Shown here: one piece after another, positions 15,397 through 26,100 of the stretch
Position numbering within the stretch: the stretch's first letter is position 1
Layout of the letters: each line of letters opens with the position of its first letter
IMG/VR virus record: IMGVR_UViG_3300036820_000015
Location: 13,652-77,651 of that record
DNA from: a virus
DNA: 64,000 nucleotides
Strand: one strand, 5' to 3'
The notes under the pieces: model-generated
The model's input: only the letters and a program-made list of their open reading frames with translations
Databases searched by the model: none
Told to the model about the DNA's origin: nothing
Position numbers and translations under genes: made by a program

Positions 15397-15416
15397 TCGA
15401 CATGACCACTTCCCTC

Positions 15417-16079
15417 CTACAGCATGATGCCGATGTGGTGCTGACGCATCCATTGACGAACGCGCTTGAGGTCGGGATGGGCAGCCAGCAGGTGAACGAG
15501 CTTGTGGCAGTCGTGGCAAAGGCAGACCATGTTCTCGACCGCGGAGTTGTTGGGGTCCTCGTCAATATGGTGGACACAGATCCTGGATTCCTTTCGGGTC
15601 CCTCCGCAGAGAACGCAGGTATCTCCGTCCCGTTGGACGACCAGGACACCGGCCTCTCCGTAACTCGTCCTGACGTTTCGGAGACGCTGCCTTTCAGCCC
15701 GTTCTCCGTCGGTGAGGGCCTGTCGAGTCCGCCCTTCCGAGGTTGCTCGACGCCTAATGGCCGTGTCGCGATGGGCAGCGCAATAAACCGGAGAAGGAGC
15801 TTCAACCGGGTTGTCGCACTCAGCGCAGACTCCTCGCCTTTGGCGTTCCTTCCGTTGCTGCTTGCGCCACTCAGCACCTTGGGTGCGGCAGTCGACACAG
15901 TTCGTCTCTCCGGGGTTGACCGGAGTCCCGCATCGGAGACAGAGCCCTTTAGCCCGCTTGATGGCGGCATAGACGGTGTTCTCATGGAGACCGAGGATGC
16001 GAGCGGTCTCCCGCCCATTTCCGGTCTGCACGAAGACCTCAAGGATCTGTCCCTGATCGGCTCTCATCCGGCGTGGCAT
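15417..16079 (-). CDS. Antisense HNH homing endonuclease with N-terminal HTH and zinc ribbons
   Basis: GNGRETARILGLHENTV HTH; CxxC pairs; RDGDTCVLCG...VHHIDEDPNNSAVENMVCLCHDCHKLVH; extended -10 TGcTAGGTT (16094-16086) 6 nt before ATG. Confidence 0.92.
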   Translation of the reverse strand: MPRRMRADQGQILEVFVQTGNGRETARILGLHENTVYAAIKRAKGLCLRCGTPVNPGETNCVDCRTQGAEWRKQQRKERQRRGVCAECDNPVEAPSPVYCAAHRDTAIRRRATSEGRTRQALTDGERAERQRLRNVRTSYGEAGVLVVQRDGDTCVLCGGTRKESRICVHHIDEDPNNSAVENMVCLCHDCHKLVHLLAAHPDLKRVRQWMRQHHIGIML

Positions 16080-16122
16080 GGCTGCAACCTAGCAGCTTCC
16101 ACATGTACAAGGAGAAAGTGAT

Positions 16123-17082
16123 TTGCCACAGCCATCGCAATCGGACGTCCACGTAGACGCCATCATGACGCAGTTCTCGGTCGCCTACATCCAGAAGGCC
16201 GAGGACTTCATCGCTCAGCAGGTCTTCCCTGTCGTGCCCGTCGACAACCAGTCTGACCTGTACTACATCTACAACAAGGCCGACTGGTTCCGTGACGAGG
16301 CCGAGAAGCGGGCTGACGCCACCGAGTCGGCCGGGTCCGGCTACACCCTGGCGCAGGGGAACTACTTCTGCGAGGTCTACGCCTTCCACAAGGACGTGGG
16401 CGACCAGGTGCGTAAGAACACCGACTCGCCGCTCGACGCCGACCGTGACGCCACCATGTTCGTCACCCAGCGCATGATGGTGCGCCAGGAACGCCAGTGG
16501 GTGACGGACTACTTCAAGACCGGCGTCTGGGGCACCGACGTCACCGGAGGAACCAACTTCACGGTATGGTCCGACTTCGCTGGCTCGGACCCCATGGAGG
16601 ACATCGAGCTTGGCAAGGAGACCGTCCTCGGCACCACCGGATTCATGCCCAACACCCTCGTCCTCGGCTATCAGGTCTTCCGCAAGCTGAAGAACCACCC
16701 GGACCTGGTCGACCGGATCAAGTACACGTCGGACAAGGTCGTGACCAAGGACGTCATGGCCAAGTACTTCGACGTCGACCGTATCCTCATCGCCCGGGCC
16801 ATCTACAACTCCGCCCATGAGGGTCAGGCCGGGTCGTACTCCTTCATCTTCGGCAAGTCGGCGTGGCTCGGCTACGTCAACCCGTCGCCCTCCATCATGC
16901 AGCCCTCGGCGGGCTACGTCTTCACCTGGAAGGGTGTGTCGGACGGCCTCGGCACCAACATCGGTATCACCCGCTTCCGCATGCAGCACCTGCGGGCCGA
17001 CCGCATCGAAGCCCAGATCGCCTGGGCCAACAACATCATCGGAAGCGATTTGGGATATTTCTTCAGCGGGGCTGTTGCCTGA
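16123..17082 (+). CDS. Major capsid protein
   Basis: AAGGAGA RBS, TTG start, highly biased codons, 319 aa, position after scaffold and decoration genes. Confidence 0.9.
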   Translation: MPQPSQSDVHVDAIMTQFSVAYIQKAEDFIAQQVFPVVPVDNQSDLYYIYNKADWFRDEAEKRADATESAGSGYTLAQGNYFCEVYAFHKDVGDQVRKNTDSPLDADRDATMFVTQRMMVRQERQWVTDYFKTGVWGTDVTGGTNFTVWSDFAGSDPMEDIELGKETVLGTTGFMPNTLVLGYQVFRKLKNHPDLVDRIKYTSDKVVTKDVMAKYFDVDRILIARAIYNSAHEGQAGSYSFIFGKSAWLGYVNPSPSIMQPSAGYVFTWKGVSDGLGTNIGITRFRMQHLRADRIEAQIAWANNIIGSDLGYFFSGAVA

Positions 17083-17085
17083 GTC

Positions 17086-17358
17086 ATGACCACCACCGCC
17101 CTCGACCTCGACCACGTTCACATCTTCCTGCGCGGCACCAACTGGGTGTCCGACGGGGTGACCCGCGAACGTGGTGAGGTCTTGGACACCTCGGCCTGGC
17201 GAGCCACCCGCATCACCAGCCTGATCGAGAACCGCACCATCGGGAGGGTCCCTTACTCTCTCCCCGAGACCATCGAGACCTGTTCCTGCGGCCGCATGTG
17301 GCTTGATGCCGAAGCCGCCGCTCGACACACCTGCCCCGTCACCGAGGAGAGCGACTGA
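17086..17358 (+). CDS. Small capsid-associated hypothetical protein
   Basis: Follows the major capsid gene; CSCG...H.C. Confidence 0.6.
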   Translation: MTTTALDLDHVHIFLRGTNWVSDGVTRERGEVLDTSAWRATRITSLIENRTIGRVPYSLPETIETCSCGRMWLDAEAAARHTCPVTEESD

Positions 17359-17359
17359 G

Positions 17360-17788
17360 ATGTCTACCGCACAGGGCACCAAAGCCAGGTTCCACGTCGG
17401 TGGTCTCTACATCGGCAACGCTGTCTCCGCCGGTGCTTCCGAGACGGCCGTCGGCTCACCGCGCGACTTCCTCGGCTTCCTCGATGTCATCACCACCGGT
17501 ACTATCACGCCGGGAGCCATCGCTGCTGGGGCTACCTACACCACCACTGTCACCTACGCCGGGGCCGAGGTAGCCGGGTCAGCCATCAGTTCTGAGCTTG
17601 CTGCTCCCCCGGGCGACTTTGTGCAGGTGCTCTACGTGCCGCCCTCGGCCGAATACGGGATCATCATCCAGGCCTTCGTCTCGGCGGCCAACACCATTCG
17701 GCTCGTCTTCACCAACGCTTCCGGCTCCTCGATCACCCCGACGGCCCGCGCCTACAACCTCCTGTTCCTCGCCATCAACCACGACTGA
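17360..17788 (+). CDS. Putative virion protein
   Basis: GAGGAG RBS; beta-rich. Confidence 0.65.
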   Translation: MSTAQGTKARFHVGGLYIGNAVSAGASETAVGSPRDFLGFLDVITTGTITPGAIAAGATYTTTVTYAGAEVAGSAISSELAAPPGDFVQVLYVPPSAEYGIIIQAFVSAANTIRLVFTNASGSSITPTARAYNLLFLAINHD

Positions 17789-17792
17789 TCCC

Positions 17793-18254
17793 ATGGCGGC
17801 AGCAGTAACTCTCCTGTCGGGAGCCCAGACAGCCAGCGGGACCCTCCGACTCGGAGAGGCAGGCTTCCTCGGCTCAGCCGCTCCCGGCACCACCAAGACT
17901 CCCGAGATCCATCTCAACTCAGGTGCCGTCTTCCAGTTGGCGGTCACGGCCGCCACCGCTCTCACCTCGCTCGACGTCAAGCTGCAGCACTCGGTCGACG
18001 GCGGAACCACCTGGGACGACTTCGTGCGTTTCGCTCAGGTCACCTCGGCCCCACTGGCTGCTCCCCTGATCGCTCAGTGGCTCCGCGAAGGCTTCGCTCC
18101 GGCGGCTGGGGTCCATGCCTCCTCCACCTCGACCCTGGCCTCCAATGCAGTGCTCCAGGGTCCGCTGGGCGACGACTGGCAGATCGTCTGGACCCTGGTC
18201 GGCACCTCTGTCACCTTCTCCGTTCTAGGGCGGTACTTCAAGCGAGTGAGGTAA
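17793..18254 (+). CDS. Putative virion protein
   Basis: LDVKLQHSVDGGTTWDD motif typical of phage jelly-roll virion proteins. Confidence 0.7.
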   Translation: MAAAVTLLSGAQTASGTLRLGEAGFLGSAAPGTTKTPEIHLNSGAVFQLAVTAATALTSLDVKLQHSVDGGTTWDDFVRFAQVTSAPLAAPLIAQWLREGFAPAAGVHASSTSTLASNAVLQGPLGDDWQIVWTLVGTSVTFSVLGRYFKRVR

Positions 18255-18261
18255 GGCAGCC

Positions 18262-18771
18262 ATGAGTTACACCTACACCGGCCGCCCCTTCGCAGTCCCC
18301 TACGGCACTCCCGGTGTCGTTCCCACCGTTCAGCAGAACCGTGACTCCGTCCGCTTCCTCCTGATGGACACCGATCCCAACGACTGGCAGCTGCAGGACG
18401 GGGAGATCGACGGCCTCCTCTCTCAGAACACCGGCGCCTATCCGTCGGTCTACCAGGCGGCCATCGAGGGCTGCATCATGCTGCAGGCCCGTTACACGCG
18501 CCGCGCCAACATGTCGGTCGGTGACCTCTCCATCTCGGCCAACACCATCGCCAAGCAATACGTCGATCTGCGGAAGTCCATCGAGCAGCAGTCCCAGCGT
18601 CACGACCCGCCCATGCCCTACGCTGGGGGCACCTCGCGCGGAGACATGGACAGTGTCCGCGAGGATGACGACCGGCCGGACAACTGGGCACAGCTGGGCC
18701 AGGACGATGATCCGGCTAACGCTCCCGACTTCGGTAACTCCCAAGGGTTTTCTCAGGTTGTGCCAGGGTAG
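18262..18771 (+). CDS. Head-tail adaptor (connector) protein
   Basis: VRFLLMDTD...LQDGEI...SVGDLSIS pattern and position. Confidence 0.75.
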   Translation: MSYTYTGRPFAVPYGTPGVVPTVQQNRDSVRFLLMDTDPNDWQLQDGEIDGLLSQNTGAYPSVYQAAIEGCIMLQARYTRRANMSVGDLSISANTIAKQYVDLRKSIEQQSQRHDPPMPYAGGTSRGDMDSVREDDDRPDNWAQLGQDDDPANAPDFGNSQGFSQVVPG

Positions 18772-18774
18772 CCG

Positions 18775-19125
18775 ATGCCCTTCGACCCCTCTTTCCTCAT
18801 GCTCATGTCCCAGACCGCCTCCCAGATGTCGGAGGAGGCCGACGACGGCTTCGGTAACCGCACCTACTCCTCCTCCATCTCCTTCCCGTGCCACATCACC
18901 TACAAGCGCAAGGTGATCCGCGGTGACACCGAGGAGAATGCCGTCTCCACCGCTCAGATCCAGCTGCCGCCCGCTGGCTACATCGCCAACGCTGTCACCG
19001 TCCCGCAGCTGGCGGTCGATGACATCATCACTCTGCCCGACGGCATCTTCCGCCGCGTCCTCGACATCACCACCTATACCGATAACACCGTCGGTACCCA
19101 CCACCAAAGCTGTGCCCTCACCTGA
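18775..19125 (+). CDS. Head-tail stopper/closure protein
   Basis: DGFGNRTY...DDIITLPDG; size and position. Confidence 0.7.
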   Translation: MPFDPSFLMLMSQTASQMSEEADDGFGNRTYSSSISFPCHITYKRKVIRGDTEENAVSTAQIQLPPAGYIANAVTVPQLAVDDIITLPDGIFRRVLDITTYTDNTVGTHHQSCALT

Positions 19126-19144
19126 TGGGACCGAGGGCGGTCTG

Positions 19145-19795
19145 ATGGCCGAAACAATCGAGTGGCAAGGCCTCGACACTCTGCAGGCCCTCATCCGCGA
19201 CCTTCCTCAGCGCGCTCAGCAATGGACGGTCGACGAACTCGGGCAGGTGGCCTTCGAGGTCTTCAACGAGTCCCAGCGCGAAGTCCCCGTCCGCTATGGC
19301 GTGCTCCGCGCTTCAGGTGACCTGGAGGAAGACGCCGACGGCAAGGGCTGGTCCATCGGCTATGGCGGTGCCGCTGCTCCCTATGCACTAGCCGTCCATG
19401 AAGACCTCTCGGTCCCCCACGCCCCACCGACCAAAGCCAAGTATCTGGAAGATCCGGCCAACGCCGCTCTCTCCGGCTTTGAGGGTCGCCTCCAGGGCAC
19501 AGTAGAGGCAGCCATTGTCGGCCAACTGCCCGGCTCCCCGGGGGCGGCCCACGGCGAGAGAATCCGACGCGCTGTCCGTCAGGCGCGCTCCTCCTCCTCT
19601 GCCGTCCGTCACGCCCACGGTATGTCCGATGCCGAGATCCAGTCCGCTCTCCGGCAGATCCAGCACATGACCGGTGAAGACCTGCACCGCGCCCGTTCGG
19701 CCACCCACGCTCGCACCATCTCTTCCGCCATCGCGCGCGCCCGCAAGACTCCTGACCAGTTCTACCGGGCCCCGACGCGCCGGAGGCCCATGTGA
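19145..19795 (+). CDS. HK97 gp10-like neck protein with basic C-terminal extension
   Basis: VPVRYGVLRASG...YALAVHE...AKYLEDP. Confidence 0.8.
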   Translation: MAETIEWQGLDTLQALIRDLPQRAQQWTVDELGQVAFEVFNESQREVPVRYGVLRASGDLEEDADGKGWSIGYGGAAAPYALAVHEDLSVPHAPPTKAKYLEDPANAALSGFEGRLQGTVEAAIVGQLPGSPGAAHGERIRRAVRQARSSSSAVRHAHGMSDAEIQSALRQIQHMTGEDLHRARSATHARTISSAIARARKTPDQFYRAPTRRRPM

Positions 19796-20199
19796 GCATC
19801 CTCCAAGACCTCTGCATCTACTTCCTCCCGACCTACAACTCCGGCTCCCTCGACCTCGCCCTCGGCACCAACCTCTTCGCTGGCACCCTCCCCGACGAAC
19901 CGGACGATTGTGTGGCCCTGCTCGAATACCCCGGGGGTCCCGTCGATCACGTCTTCGGCCAAGGCACGCCCGAGCAACACAAACCGCGCGTCCAAGTCGT
20001 TGTCCGCAATACCGACTACCTCACCGGCCGCGACCAGATCGATGCCGTAACCACCGCCCTGGAGTCCATCGTCAACCAGACCATCAACTCCGTCCTCTAC
20101 CTCCGTGTCGAACAACAGCAGGACCCCTTCGCCCTTCACCGCGACCCGGCCCGGCGTTTCTTCTTCGCCTGCAACTTCGAGTGCAACCGCGTCCAGTGA
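19792..20199 (+). CDS. Tail terminator / minor capsid protein
   Basis: PDEPDDCVALLEYPG...PRVQVVVR...NF. Confidence 0.8.
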   Translation: MSILQDLCIYFLPTYNSGSLDLALGTNLFAGTLPDEPDDCVALLEYPGGPVDHVFGQGTPEQHKPRVQVVVRNTDYLTGRDQIDAVTTALESIVNQTINSVLYLRVEQQQDPFALHRDPARRFFFACNFECNRVQ

Positions 20200-20225
20200 A
20201 CCAGTGAGAGAGAACGGGGGGGACC

Positions 20226-20779
20226 ATGGACCATGTACGGATCGTGGTGACGCTAGGGGACCTGTCGGCCAAGGTCTGGAGCGCTCACCCCATGGCTGAC
20301 GACGCCACGCCGATCTGCTCCGCCTTCTCGCGCGAGGGCCTGGCCACTCAACTCCGCGACCTCTACCCGGCCGGGTACACGGCTCACTACCACCCCTCCA
20401 CTCCGCCCCGGACTCCTCCCCCGCGTCCCCCCCAACGCGACCCGGGCCACCCGACTCGGACCTGGTGATGATCGACTCCCTGCTCGTCTCCATCAGCGAG
20501 TCCCTCGAAGCCGCCCAGAGCGCTCTCGAAGCCGATCAACCGGACATCGCCCTCCCGGCCGTCCGTTCCGCCCGTGCGGCCCTCAGGGCGGCTGTCACCG
20601 GCATCCTGGGGCCGGAATCGCTCGACCCGGACGACCAGCTGGACGGGGAACCCCGGGGGGCCACGCTCGATCCTGAGACCTGTGGGCACCCGGAGACCTT
20701 CGACCCTCCGGCCGACCGGCTCTGTCGGACCTGTGGCAGCACCAAACTCCCTGACGGGACATGGCAGGTACTGGGATGA
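20226..20779 (+). CDS. Two hypothetical proteins (20226-20468; 20465-20779)
   Basis: Coupled ORFs; the second ends in a CxH..CxxC zinc motif. Confidence 0.5.
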
Positions 20780-21081
20780 CATCAGCAGCCTCCTCCACTC
20801 CAGCAGCTGCTGCAATCGCCGCCGGGTTCGTCTCCGATCGGGCCACCCCCATCGACCCCACCTTCCACCCGGTCACCGAGGGCCACCCCGTCGAGACCCA
20901 TCACCAGCTGGCCAAGAAGACGGTCACCGATGCCGATATCCGCTGCACGGGCCAGGTGGCCATCCAGCGGACCCAGACGACCAAGGTGTGCGGGAAGCTG
21001 CTGGCTATCAAAGCGGGACGGCCGTGGGCCATCCAATGCCCGCGTTGCCATACCGTCAACACCTCGCCGCCGATCCCCTGA
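20776..21081 (+). CDS. Mu Com-like zinc-ribbon protein
   Basis: IRC...CGKLLA...IQCPRCHTVN. Confidence 0.7.
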   Translation: MTSAASSTPAAAAIAAGFVSDRATPIDPTFHPVTEGHPVETHHQLAKKTVTDADIRCTGQVAIQRTQTTKVCGKLLAIKAGRPWAIQCPRCHTVNTSPPIP

Positions 21082-21098
21082 CTCCGCGCTCCGCGCGT

Positions 21099-21133
21099 AG
21101 GACCCCCACTCCGCGCGCGCGCGGTAGGACGAT
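21099..21133 (+). promoter_or_regulatory. Phage promoter motif AGGACCCCCACT-N17-GACGAT
   Basis: 11/12 match, (CG)n spacer, ATG at 21143. Confidence 0.78.
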
Positions 21134-21142
21134 GGGGACACC

Positions 21143-21610
21143 ATGGCCGCCAAGTTCGTCGTCACCACTGCTCCTGCCGCACTGACGACAGCGGCTACCA
21201 AATCCCTTTGGCTCCTCGATCCGGTCACCAACAAGATCACCATCTTCGAGATGGATGTCTCGATGGACGCAGTCACCCCCCTCCAGGCCGTGCGTTTCGA
21301 TCTCTACCGAGCCACCTCCCTCGGTACGCCAGCGGGTACGTCAACCACTCCTGCGCTCATCGATCCCGGTGACGACCAAGCTTCCACCACCACCACCCTC
21401 ACCAACCTGACCACCGAGCCGACGACAGCTACTGTCCTGTGTTCCTGGTACGTCCAGCCCTGTGGGGGCCTTCTGCCTCTCCAGCTACCACTCGGACGCG
21501 AGGTGACCGTTCCGGCTGGAGCGACAACGACGGGGCGTATTGGCTTGCGGTATACGACGGTTACAGGGGTAACGCCCAACTGTGTAGCCAATGTCTGGTT
21601 CGATGAGTGA
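21143..21610 (+). CDS. Putative virion (fibre-associated) protein
   Basis: Thr-rich beta protein following the promoter motif. Confidence 0.65.
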   Translation: MAAKFVVTTAPAALTTAATKSLWLLDPVTNKITIFEMDVSMDAVTPLQAVRFDLYRATSLGTPAGTSTTPALIDPGDDQASTTTTLTNLTTEPTTATVLCSWYVQPCGGLLPLQLPLGREVTVPAGATTTGRIGLRYTTVTGVTPNCVANVWFDE

Positions 21611-21624
21611 GTGGTCAGTGAACC

Positions 21625-22461
21625 ATGGCGATCGCTCTAGCCGGTAGCGCTGAAGGGACGGCCACCGGGTCCGGGCTGACCCTGATCCCCGCCTCCCCGT
21701 TGTCGATCATTGGACAGAACCCCGGCCCAGGTCAGCTGATGGTTGTCGGAGCGAGGACAGCGGGTAACTCTCCGGCTCCGACAGCGGTCTGCTACAGCGC
21801 TTCCTACTCTTCCACTAGTCCGGACTTCACCTACATCGGGCAAGAGAACAACACGGGAACGACGTATATCAGCCTCTTCTGGAAAGTGGCTACGGGCTCA
21901 GAAAGCTCCGTCCAGGTTTCCTACAACAACAGCGGGCAAGGGACGGGGCAGAACGCATCGGTCATCGGATTCCTCGGATTCAATGGCTTCGTAGGGTCAC
22001 CGACGCTGGACTCCTTCGCCGTAGCGAATGTGTCTGGCAGTACGGCCGTCGAGACGGGTGCCCTGCCGGTCGCTGTCAATCCTGAACTCTGGGTCGGTTT
22101 CGCTGCCCTAAGCAACACCTATTCAGGGTCTCCCACCTTCAAGGTATCTGGCGTCCTGTCGGGGACTATCGTCACAGCGGCAGGAACGACCCAGATGCTG
22201 GCTGGGTATTACCTCAACTCGACCACGCCTGCCGGTGGAACCACCATTTCTAACTTCACCTGGGGGACATCCCGCAACACCGGAATGGTGGTGGCGACCT
22301 TCTACGACCCCGCCAGCATCGTGATGCCGTCCCCTCCCATCCGTCCCCCCACCGCCGTCATGCGTGCCTCCAACTGGCTCATCGATAAGCAACCCTGGAA
22401 GCGCTCGCGCGATGGACTCATCCTTCCTGGCTTCGCTGACAAACAACTGGTGCTCGCATGA
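21625..22461 (+). CDS. Putative virion/fibre protein
   Basis: Gly/Ser/Thr-rich; LFWKVATGSE-type domain shared with the next fibre gene. Confidence 0.65.
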   Translation: MAIALAGSAEGTATGSGLTLIPASPLSIIGQNPGPGQLMVVGARTAGNSPAPTAVCYSASYSSTSPDFTYIGQENNTGTTYISLFWKVATGSESSVQVSYNNSGQGTGQNASVIGFLGFNGFVGSPTLDSFAVANVSGSTAVETGALPVAVNPELWVGFAALSNTYSGSPTFKVSGVLSGTIVTAAGTTQMLAGYYLNSTTPAGGTTISNFTWGTSRNTGMVVATFYDPASIVMPSPPIRPPTAVMRASNWLIDKQPWKRSRDGLILPGFADKQLVLA

Positions 22462-23099
22462 GTGTCCCCATCCTCGGGCAGTCCTTCCTCCACGCAGCGC
22501 AGGCGGACGTCTCCCAATGGGCCACTGTCGGCCAGTTCAAGGCTGCCCTCTTCACTGGCCCTACTCCCCCAGACCCGACCGCCCTGGCTTTCACCTCTCT
22601 CACCGGGGAACTCCCAACCGACTATGGCTACACCCGTGGTGGACAAGACGTCTCCTCCTTCTCTCCTTCCATTGTCGAGTACAGCGCTCTCGGCAGCTGG
22701 CCGCTCGGTTGGGCTTCCGGTGCCACCTATGGCCTCGGTGCCATTGTCACCACCACTGTCTCCGGTGCTTCTCAGTGCCTCTTTCAGTGTTGCACTCCAG
22801 GCACTGCTTCCGGTTCCTCTCCCAGCCAAGCCAATGTCGGGCAACTCGATACCTCTTCCGTCGGGGCCCAGTTCATCAACGTCGGTAGCTCGATCATTGT
22901 GCTGCAGTCCAGTCCCATCTACTGGCTAGCTTCGGTCAGTGACATCGCCAATGCCTGGTTCATGGTCCTCTACGACGTCATCAATAACATCAATCTCGTT
23001 TCCTTCGATATGGGTGCGGCTCAGAATGCTGGACCCGGCAACCGGATCACCAATAACCCGGACTCGAACTACGGGTGGTACTGGGCTCTCCCGAGGTAG
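22458..23099 (+). CDS. Putative virion protein with a carbohydrate-binding-like insert
   Basis: ELPTDYGYTRGG; WASGATYGLGAIV...FQC..PGT.G insert. Confidence 0.65.
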   Translation: MSVPILGQSFLHAAQADVSQWATVGQFKAALFTGPTPPDPTALAFTSLTGELPTDYGYTRGGQDVSSFSPSIVEYSALGSWPLGWASGATYGLGAIVTTTVSGASQCLFQCCTPGTASGSSPSQANVGQLDTSSVGAQFINVGSSIIVLQSSPIYWLASVSDIANAWFMVLYDVINNINLVSFDMGAAQNAGPGNRITNNPDSNYGWYWALPR

Positions 23100-23105
23100 A
23101 CGACG

Positions 23106-26100
23106 ATGCCTGCCGGTACCGATCTCGTCGGGAAGTTCAACTCGGGTGATGCCTTCACGCCTGGTTCCACCGGGGGCACCTTCACTGTCACGCCAGCCTT
23201 TGCGATAGACGACCTCCTCATCTTCACGATTGCCACCTTCGTCAATCCGACTATCGCCGCCCCCTTCACCATTACTGATAACGGCAGCGCCAACTGGCAA
23301 GTCCTGACTCCGCCGGTCACCAACTCAGGCATCCGCACTCTTGTCCAGTGGTATAAGTTCGCTACCGCTGCTGATCTCGCTACCGGGAGCCTCACGACCG
23401 TCACTCTCACCTGGGGCGGCTCCGGCGGTGGTAACGGCTGGTGGATAATGGACGACTTCACCAACTCGTCCAACGTCCCATTGATCGACTCCAACTGGGT
23501 GCCCAACTCGACCACGATGTGGACCTCGACCGCTCAGGTGAGTGCCACTGGTTCTATCCCGACCGTCCCCGGCAACCCGCACGGTAGTGGCCAATCCCCT
23601 GTGGGCACCGGGCTTTCCCAGCAGGCTTACGAACTCATCTACATCGTCTGGTTCAACCAGAAGGGAGCCAAGGGTAACCCGAACTTCGTCTCTAACTCCC
23701 CGAGCATCACCACGCCGACTCAGTTCAACACGATCAATGGAGGCAACCCCTCCAACCTCATTTCTGCTTACGCCACCTCAGACGGCACCGCTCCCTTCTC
23801 CACTCTCGACAACGTCTTCGCTCAGTGGACTCAACTTCCCTCTCAGCCAAGCCCGGCCATCATGGTGGTCAGCTCCTTCTACGACCCAGGCATCGCTGAT
23901 CTCTCGGTAGCGCCACAGGGCTCTGTCACGATCACTCATGTGGCCGTGGCTTCAGACGTAGCCACACTGACCTCTGCTCTCTCTCTCCCCCCCCAGTTCG
24001 CTGTTGGGTCGACCATTGTCGTCGCTGGGCTCAGCCATACAGCGCTCAATGGAACGTGGACAATCACTAGTCTCGGCCCCACCGGCAACACGCTGACCTT
24101 CAGCGTCACGACCGGCAATGTCTCAACGACGACAGACAGCGGTACCGCTACTGGTCCTCCCTCCAACCAGGTGACCGGAGGTGCCATCTACGGCGCCGGG
24201 CAGATGACCTTCAGCATCGGTCTCGCCCCCGCCGGACGCCTTCTTCTCCCGGGCACCTTCATCGGCCCCCAAGGTGTGGGCGCCAATGGCTCGACCGCTT
24301 ACGCCTACCGCCTCTATCGCTTCGCTGGTAACTATCCGGTCCAGGGCCAAGCTCTCCCCTCTGGTTCCCCGGACTCAATCGGTGCGGTCACCACCGGAGA
24401 TTCCTTCGGTTCCGACGGCGCTTACATGCTCAACGTCCCCGTAGTTGACGACTACCTGGTGGCCGTTGTCTACAGCGGCGGCAGCGGCACCACCATCGAC
24501 TGGCGGCTGTTCTCAGCGGGTTCTGTGGCCGGGCAAGGCTCACCGCAGATCACCCTCGACGGCATCACTGGCGACATGGGCGGCCCGGACGGCAAGAGCG
24601 TCGACCTCACGACCGCCAATGCTGGAGACACCTCGGATGGGAACGCTGCCTCCATCCACCACAAGCACAAGTTAGCTGACGCCTATTTGCTTCCTGGTGA
24701 GATCCATATCGGCATGGGAGACGGGGCGGCAGCGCGTCTGCAGCTTCCGTCCACCGATGGCTGGGTGCCCACCTCGTTGCCAACCGCTACACCTGGCACG
24801 CCACCTATCGTCTGGGCGGCACCCACCTGGCTCTTCAATATCCTCCCCAAAGCCGTCTCCGCCACAACGGTCACCGGTCCTGGTGAGATCCCATTCGATG
24901 GTAGCGGCGGAGGGTTTCCCTTCAACCTCCCGTTGGCGGCTACGGCACCACCGGGGTACTACGCCTTCCATCGCGTCCCCACCGACCTCTCCGGTAACTT
25001 CGTCGGCCTGATCCCATACCCAGGTTCGGGCGACACTATCGATGGTGCCCTGCAGTGGGGATCAGTCAACGCCGGAGATGAACTCGTTATCGCTCCATTT
25101 GCCACCGGCCCGTCCACTGGCTATTGGATGGTCGTCCGGCAGCCAGAGACGCTCGGTTACCTCTACGCTGACATCAAGTACATGGGCCCCTATGGCTACC
25201 CGACTAACAGCGGCTTCATTCTCATGCTGGGTTCTCCAGGGCCTTATGGAGCGTCGAGTGGAGGGCCGACCGGTGGTGAGCCTTACTTCGTAGCCTCGGT
25301 TGGTTCTGGTTCAACTTGGCAGGCCATCATCGAGGTAGGCGATGGCTCTAACACTCCCTATTACCAGTTCACCGGACGCGATGTCACTCAAGTCATAAAG
25401 CCCTGCGCCGCCAACGGCTCGGGTGGTGGCACGATGACGGGGACATCAGCTGTCATCCTTGCCGTCGGTGCTCTCGGTCATCCACACAACCCGACATCGG
25501 CCTGGAGCAACCTGTGGTCATCCCCCTATCCGACCGACTTGGGCCCCAACCAAGCCTTAGTCGGCTACAACGGGAACACTGTTCTTGGCGGTACCGGACA
25601 AGTCGGATTCCCGGCCCGTGAGTCCTTCATTGATGACCAGTATCCTGCCTCCAGTGTGACCATCAACAGTGGTGGTCAGCCGGAGACTGGCACGCAGAAG
25701 GCTTACGGTGACGGCCGTTACGCCTACCACAACATGGTGACGCCACCCTCTGGCCTCTTCGATACCTACATGTCGGTCAGCTGGAAATACAACAACAGTG
25801 GCAATCCAAAGACCTACTTCGCTCTGGCCGCTGCCTTCCCTTACTATCTCGACAACACCCGCAGCGGACTCTTCACTCCCGAAGCCTTCAACATCCAAGA
25901 CCTGGTAGCTATCGGTTCCTCCGAGACGGAAGCCATCCCGGCCCAATCGATTGTCGCTTCCGACTACAACCGTTGGGAGACACACCGCATCGGCCAGACA
26001 CTCGGGACGGCCCTCGATGGCAGTGCTGGCCCCGTGCTCATCCCGGCGGGCTATCCCATCCGGCTGTACTGGCGGGTCTTGCAGGCATGGCCGGTTGGCA

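Noticed and set aside
14035-15519. 494-aa - strand ORF
   Set aside because: Shadow of the strongly codon-biased scaffold and decoration genes; no motifs.
16039-17382. 447-aa - strand ORF over the major capsid gene
   Set aside because: Antisense shadow typical of high-GC genes.
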